In this document: in pieces, positions 27,061-30,018 of the stretch
How positions within the stretch are numbered: the stretch's first letter is position 1
Layout: each line of letters begins with the position of its first letter
From: a virus
Taxonomy: Duplodnaviria; Caudoviricetes
Strand: one strand, 5' to 3'
Virus record (IMG/VR): IMGVR_UViG_3300020173_000039
Coordinates: 1 to 30,018 of that record
Length of the DNA: 30,018 nucleotides
The notes under the pieces: model-generated
What the model was told of the DNA's origin: nothing
Database searches by the model: none
Seen by the model: only the letters and a program-made list of their open reading frames with translations
Translations under genes and position numbers: made by a program

Positions 27061-27187
27061 TGGGTTCCTTCTCTGGGATATCAACTTCAAACCATTCCTT
27101 GTTGCACGCTTCGCAATGCAATGCTGGATAGGCTCTTGTAGGTGGTGCTAGCGGCCCTTGACACTCTGGGCATTGGGTCAGGCTCAT
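27053..27187 (-). CDS. Tiny Zn-ribbon protein (44 aa, not in ORF track)
   Basis: Hand translation MSLTQCPECQGPLAPPTRAYPALHCEACNKEWFEVDIPEKEPNG: two CxxC pairs; ATGA overlap with the TerL stop and overlap with the portal start. Confidence 0.7.
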   Translation of the reverse strand: MSLTQCPECQGPLAPPTRAYPALHCEACNKEWFEVDIPEKEPNG

Positions 27188-28572
27188 GCGACTACTCCTG
27201 CGTTTCTGCGCTCAGGTTTGCGTTTGTTCCGAATATAGCCACTGCTGTCCAACATCGGGCTCGCAAAGGTTAGACAAAGAGCATCCGCAAAGTCCGGTGA
27301 CTTGCGGAGCCTCTTGGCTGTGACTTCCTTGCGCTCCAGCCCTAATGTGCCATTGGGTTTGTACTCAAACCGTGGAGCCACTAAATCCTCTACGAGCTGC
27401 TGATGGTCTGGTAACTCTACTTCCCCTCCAAGCCACTCTCTGCAAGTAAACCAGAGCTCTGCTCTCTTATTGGCGTAAGTGTCCGCCTTGCTGGGGGTCT
27501 CACTGACATTGATGCCTATTGCTGGCACACCCAGCTGACGCAACCTGTCCACTACACCAGCTCCTAAACCGATATTGTCACAGCATATTTCTATGGGCTG
27601 CTGCTCTGCATCCTGATACAAGTGGTCAACCCTGTCTGCCAGGGTCATCAAGTCCAGCTTCTCCCAGCTCTGTATCTTCGTTACCTTGCGGCCCTGACGT
27701 TCCACCAGCACTGACTTGTCTGCACCCATACGGGCTACATCCAGGCCCCAGATGGTTGGGTAGTCATGCGGAACCTTGACTCTACGGCTGACTGCATCCT
27801 CCACTAAGCCACGGGGGATGACCGTGTCATCATCCACCGTAGGCCATAACCCCAAGACACGAGTACGCCACTGGTTGCTCTCCTTGCCGTACTTGTCCCT
27901 CATCTCTGTGATGAAGTCTGGGCTCACCATTGGCGAGTCGAGGCAGCTGACGTTCATTGTGTACCACGTGCCCTTGTTCACGTGATGCGTGTCAAAGAAG
28001 TAGCCTGTGCTTCTTGTGGGGTTGCCAATTAAGCATATGTAGGCGTTTGCGCTCGTCATACTGCCATAGGCTGCTTCGTATACAGCCTCATCCACTCCAG
28101 CAGCCTCATCTACGCATAAAAAAGTTGTAGCTGAGTGGATTCCCTGCATGGCATCGGGCTGGTCTTTGCGGCTCACCTTGAAGCTCAGGAAAGCCTCTGT
28201 AGGAGATGCTGCCAACTCAATGCGCTCACTCTTGACTACTAAAAGCTCTCTCAGAGCCTCTGGAAGCTCTGTAATCCAGCGCTTGACCTCAGCAGCCAGC
28301 ACATCAAAAAGCTGGCTCTGGGTAGGGCTCGTGGCTACCAGCTTGATGGGGTATCTTGTCAGCAGAAACCACAGCATTGCCCAGGACGTTACTGCACTCT
28401 TGCCCACCCCGTGGCCTGCCGCACAACTGCATCTCCGTGTACCACGTGCAAACTGGTCTAGTAGTTGGGATTGCCAAGGCTGAGGGGTGACCTTCAGTAC
28501 GTTAATGACAAACCCATTGGGGTCATCGTAATAACGCTCCAGAAACTCACGATAGACATTGCCTTTGCTCAT
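27184..28572 (-). CDS. terL: Terminase large subunit
   Basis: Walker A AGHGVGKS, Walker B LCVDEA, IGNP, nuclease GLDVAR..D and SPDFADAL. Confidence 0.93.
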   Translation of the reverse strand: MSKGNVYREFLERYYDDPNGFVINVLKVTPQPWQSQLLDQFARGTRRCSCAAGHGVGKSAVTSWAMLWFLLTRYPIKLVATSPTQSQLFDVLAAEVKRWITELPEALRELLVVKSERIELAASPTEAFLSFKVSRKDQPDAMQGIHSATTFLCVDEAAGVDEAVYEAAYGSMTSANAYICLIGNPTRSTGYFFDTHHVNKGTWYTMNVSCLDSPMVSPDFITEMRDKYGKESNQWRTRVLGLWPTVDDDTVIPRGLVEDAVSRRVKVPHDYPTIWGLDVARMGADKSVLVERQGRKVTKIQSWEKLDLMTLADRVDHLYQDAEQQPIEICCDNIGLGAGVVDRLRQLGVPAIGINVSETPSKADTYANKRAELWFTCREWLGGEVELPDHQQLVEDLVAPRFEYKPNGTLGLERKEVTAKRLRKSPDFADALCLTFASPMLDSSGYIRNKRKPERRNAGVVA

Positions 28573-28913
28573 AATTTGCTAATCGTTACTTCAGCTCTGC
28601 CTGGGCGTTGGATATCTCTACGATACAAATGCAGCTCATCTACTTGCGAATCATCTGGGAAAACTCCCCAGTGCATCAAGAGGTCAAGCACTGCCTTGGC
28701 ATGGTTGTCCAAGTCCCTGGCTGCTTTTGATGGTGGATAGTACTCTATGCTTACTGCTAAACGGTCTTGAGCTGTGTAGCGCTGAAAGGAGGGGGCAGGA
28801 GACTTCTTGTAAAGTCTCCCTGCCTTGGAGAGGATGGTGCGGCCCTGGAATTGTCTCCAGTAGCCATTGACGCTGGGAGGCCAGCCTAGTACTAGTTTCT
28901 GTGCTTCATCCAA
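28569..28913 (-). CDS. rusA: RusA-family Holliday junction resolvase
   Basis: WPPSVNGYWR, RDLDNHAKAVLDLL and DDSQV catalytic motifs. Confidence 0.9.
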   Translation of the reverse strand: MDEAQKLVLGWPPSVNGYWRQFQGRTILSKAGRLYKKSPAPSFQRYTAQDRLAVSIEYYPPSKAARDLDNHAKAVLDLLMHWGVFPDDSQVDELHLYRRDIQRPGRAEVTISKL

Positions 28914-29835
28914 ATTCCTCTAGCTCCACAAGCTTGAAAACTCTACTCGTTCTTTCAAGCTCGTAGGCTTTTGTCAATTTTGGTTGCTCTTCCTTGAGCT
29001 TTTTTGTGTCCAAGACCTTGCGGCTCTGGTCTTTCCATGTTGCCAGTACCAAGCCCGTAGCTGGAGATACCAACGTCTGAGCTTCACGCATGTGCCCCTT
29101 AATTTGCGCTTCATGTAACGCCATTTGCTCTTGCAGCTGCTTCTGCTTCTGCTTGCACTGGCGAAACTGCTCCACTGCCACCACGAGCGACTGAGGACAC
29201 TCGACTGTTTCATCATTCCCCCTTGGATAGGCTGCTTCCATGTCTGCCAAAAACTCCAGCTCTGGTGGAACCTGCTTGAGCACATGCTCCTCCCAGAAGT
29301 GAGTACACTTGTCCAACAATCGCTGCGCAAAGCTCTTGTTGTAGGGCACTTTGTAGAGCCGTATGTCATTCTCGCCCAAGATGCCTACTATCACATACCA
29401 GAGACTCTTGCCTGTGATCATCATGTACCACTGCACCTGACAGTAGTAGTTTAGGGGGAGCCCTTCTCCAGGCTCCATGATCACTTCACCAGTGGGTGCA
29501 AACTTCTTCTTGCTCCGAAAGCTTGCGGTCTTTACTTCCAAGCCAGCCTCACGGTGTAAACCATCCACATGCGCCACGCAGTACTCAAACTGCGAATGGC
29601 GAAATGTCTTGCTGCTTCTACGGAACTTTAGCCCTGTCTCTCGTGCTGCTACCTGCCGTAAAGGCTCCTCCAACATGTTCCCCCAGTGGGTTGCCGCATT
29701 CCCACTGAAAGCTGGTGCTAGCCCCATTTTCTGCTGGTAGAGCTGGTAGCGGCTCTGCCATTCATTCATGCCAGCAGCGCTTGCACAATCACTTCCCCCT
29801 AAGTACTTGCGTCTCTCCTCTGCACTAAATGCCAT
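28906..29835 (-). CDS. YqaJ-like viral recombinase / lambda-type exonuclease
   Basis: RRKYLGGSD, WGNMLE, AHVDG, LEVKT, YYCQVQWYM (PD-(D/E)xK family). Confidence 0.9.
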   Translation of the reverse strand: MAFSAEERRKYLGGSDCASAAGMNEWQSRYQLYQQKMGLAPAFSGNAATHWGNMLEEPLRQVAARETGLKFRRSSKTFRHSQFEYCVAHVDGLHREAGLEVKTASFRSKKKFAPTGEVIMEPGEGLPLNYYCQVQWYMMITGKSLWYVIVGILGENDIRLYKVPYNKSFAQRLLDKCTHFWEEHVLKQVPPELEFLADMEAAYPRGNDETVECPQSLVVAVEQFRQCKQKQKQLQEQMALHEAQIKGHMREAQTLVSPATGLVLATWKDQSRKVLDTKKLKEEQPKLTKAYELERTSRVFKLVELEEFG

Positions 29836-30016
29836 ACAGCCTCTCCTGTTGCTCTATCAGTGTGTTGAAGTTTACCTGCTCCAAGTCCTCCAGTGGGAAA
29901 TAGATAATCCCATTGCCCTGCATCCAATGCCCCTGGAAAGCCTTCTTCCAGCCCCTGCCCGTATAAGGCTCCCAAAGCCAATAGATGCCAGGTTCGTCCT
30001 GCTCAAAGTAACGGAA
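29825..30016 (-). CDS. C-terminal fragment of an upstream hypothetical gene (truncated by window edge)
   Basis: Frame open from the edge: ...FRYFEQDEPGIYWLWEPYTGRGWKKAFQGHWMQGNGIIYFPLEDLEQVNFNTLIEQQERLYGI*, overlapping the yqaJ start. Confidence 0.5.
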   Translation of the reverse strand, partial: FRYFEQDEPGIYWLWEPYTGRGWKKAFQGHWMQGNGIIYFPLEDLEQVNFNTLIEQQERLYGI

Positions 30017-30018
30017 GT

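Noticed and set aside
1278-29740. The many + strand ORFs of 60-170 aa in the ORF track
   Set aside because: They are antisense shadows of well-supported minus-strand genes with no recognisable motifs (only 22265-22444 is kept, at low confidence).
29799-29981. 60-aa minus-strand ORF from the track
   Set aside because: A different frame open to the window edge and ending at 29825 couples better to the yqaJ start.

Overview
A ~30 kb segment of a tailed dsDNA phage with podovirus-like gene content (SU10-type portal/capsid/adaptor, P22-gp10-like nozzle, large ejection proteins), resembling marine temperate phages. Nearly all real genes lie on the minus strand in one tightly coupled run: YqaJ-like exonuclease, RusA, TerL, a tiny Zn-ribbon ORF, portal, an 812-aa protein with a glycosylase-like domain, scaffold, capsid, adaptor, a complex fibre/appendage block, three tiny Lys/Arg-rich proteins, a stand-alone ADP-ribosyltransferase-like protein, a lysis block (M15 peptidase), nozzle and four putative ejected proteins. 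The left 322 bp is non-coding and looks like an attP: the 5' half of tRNA-Trp(CCA), cut just after the anticodon loop, with short repeats on both sides. Most notable: (i) AT-rich tip+chaperone cassettes that switch composition at an identical 19-bp repeat, (ii) a GLL[D/E/G] motif shared by ejection proteins and the ART-like protein, (iii) two putative virion-associated enzymes, (iv) a 5'-half tRNA attP. All family assignments come from motif recognition by eye, with no database searches.
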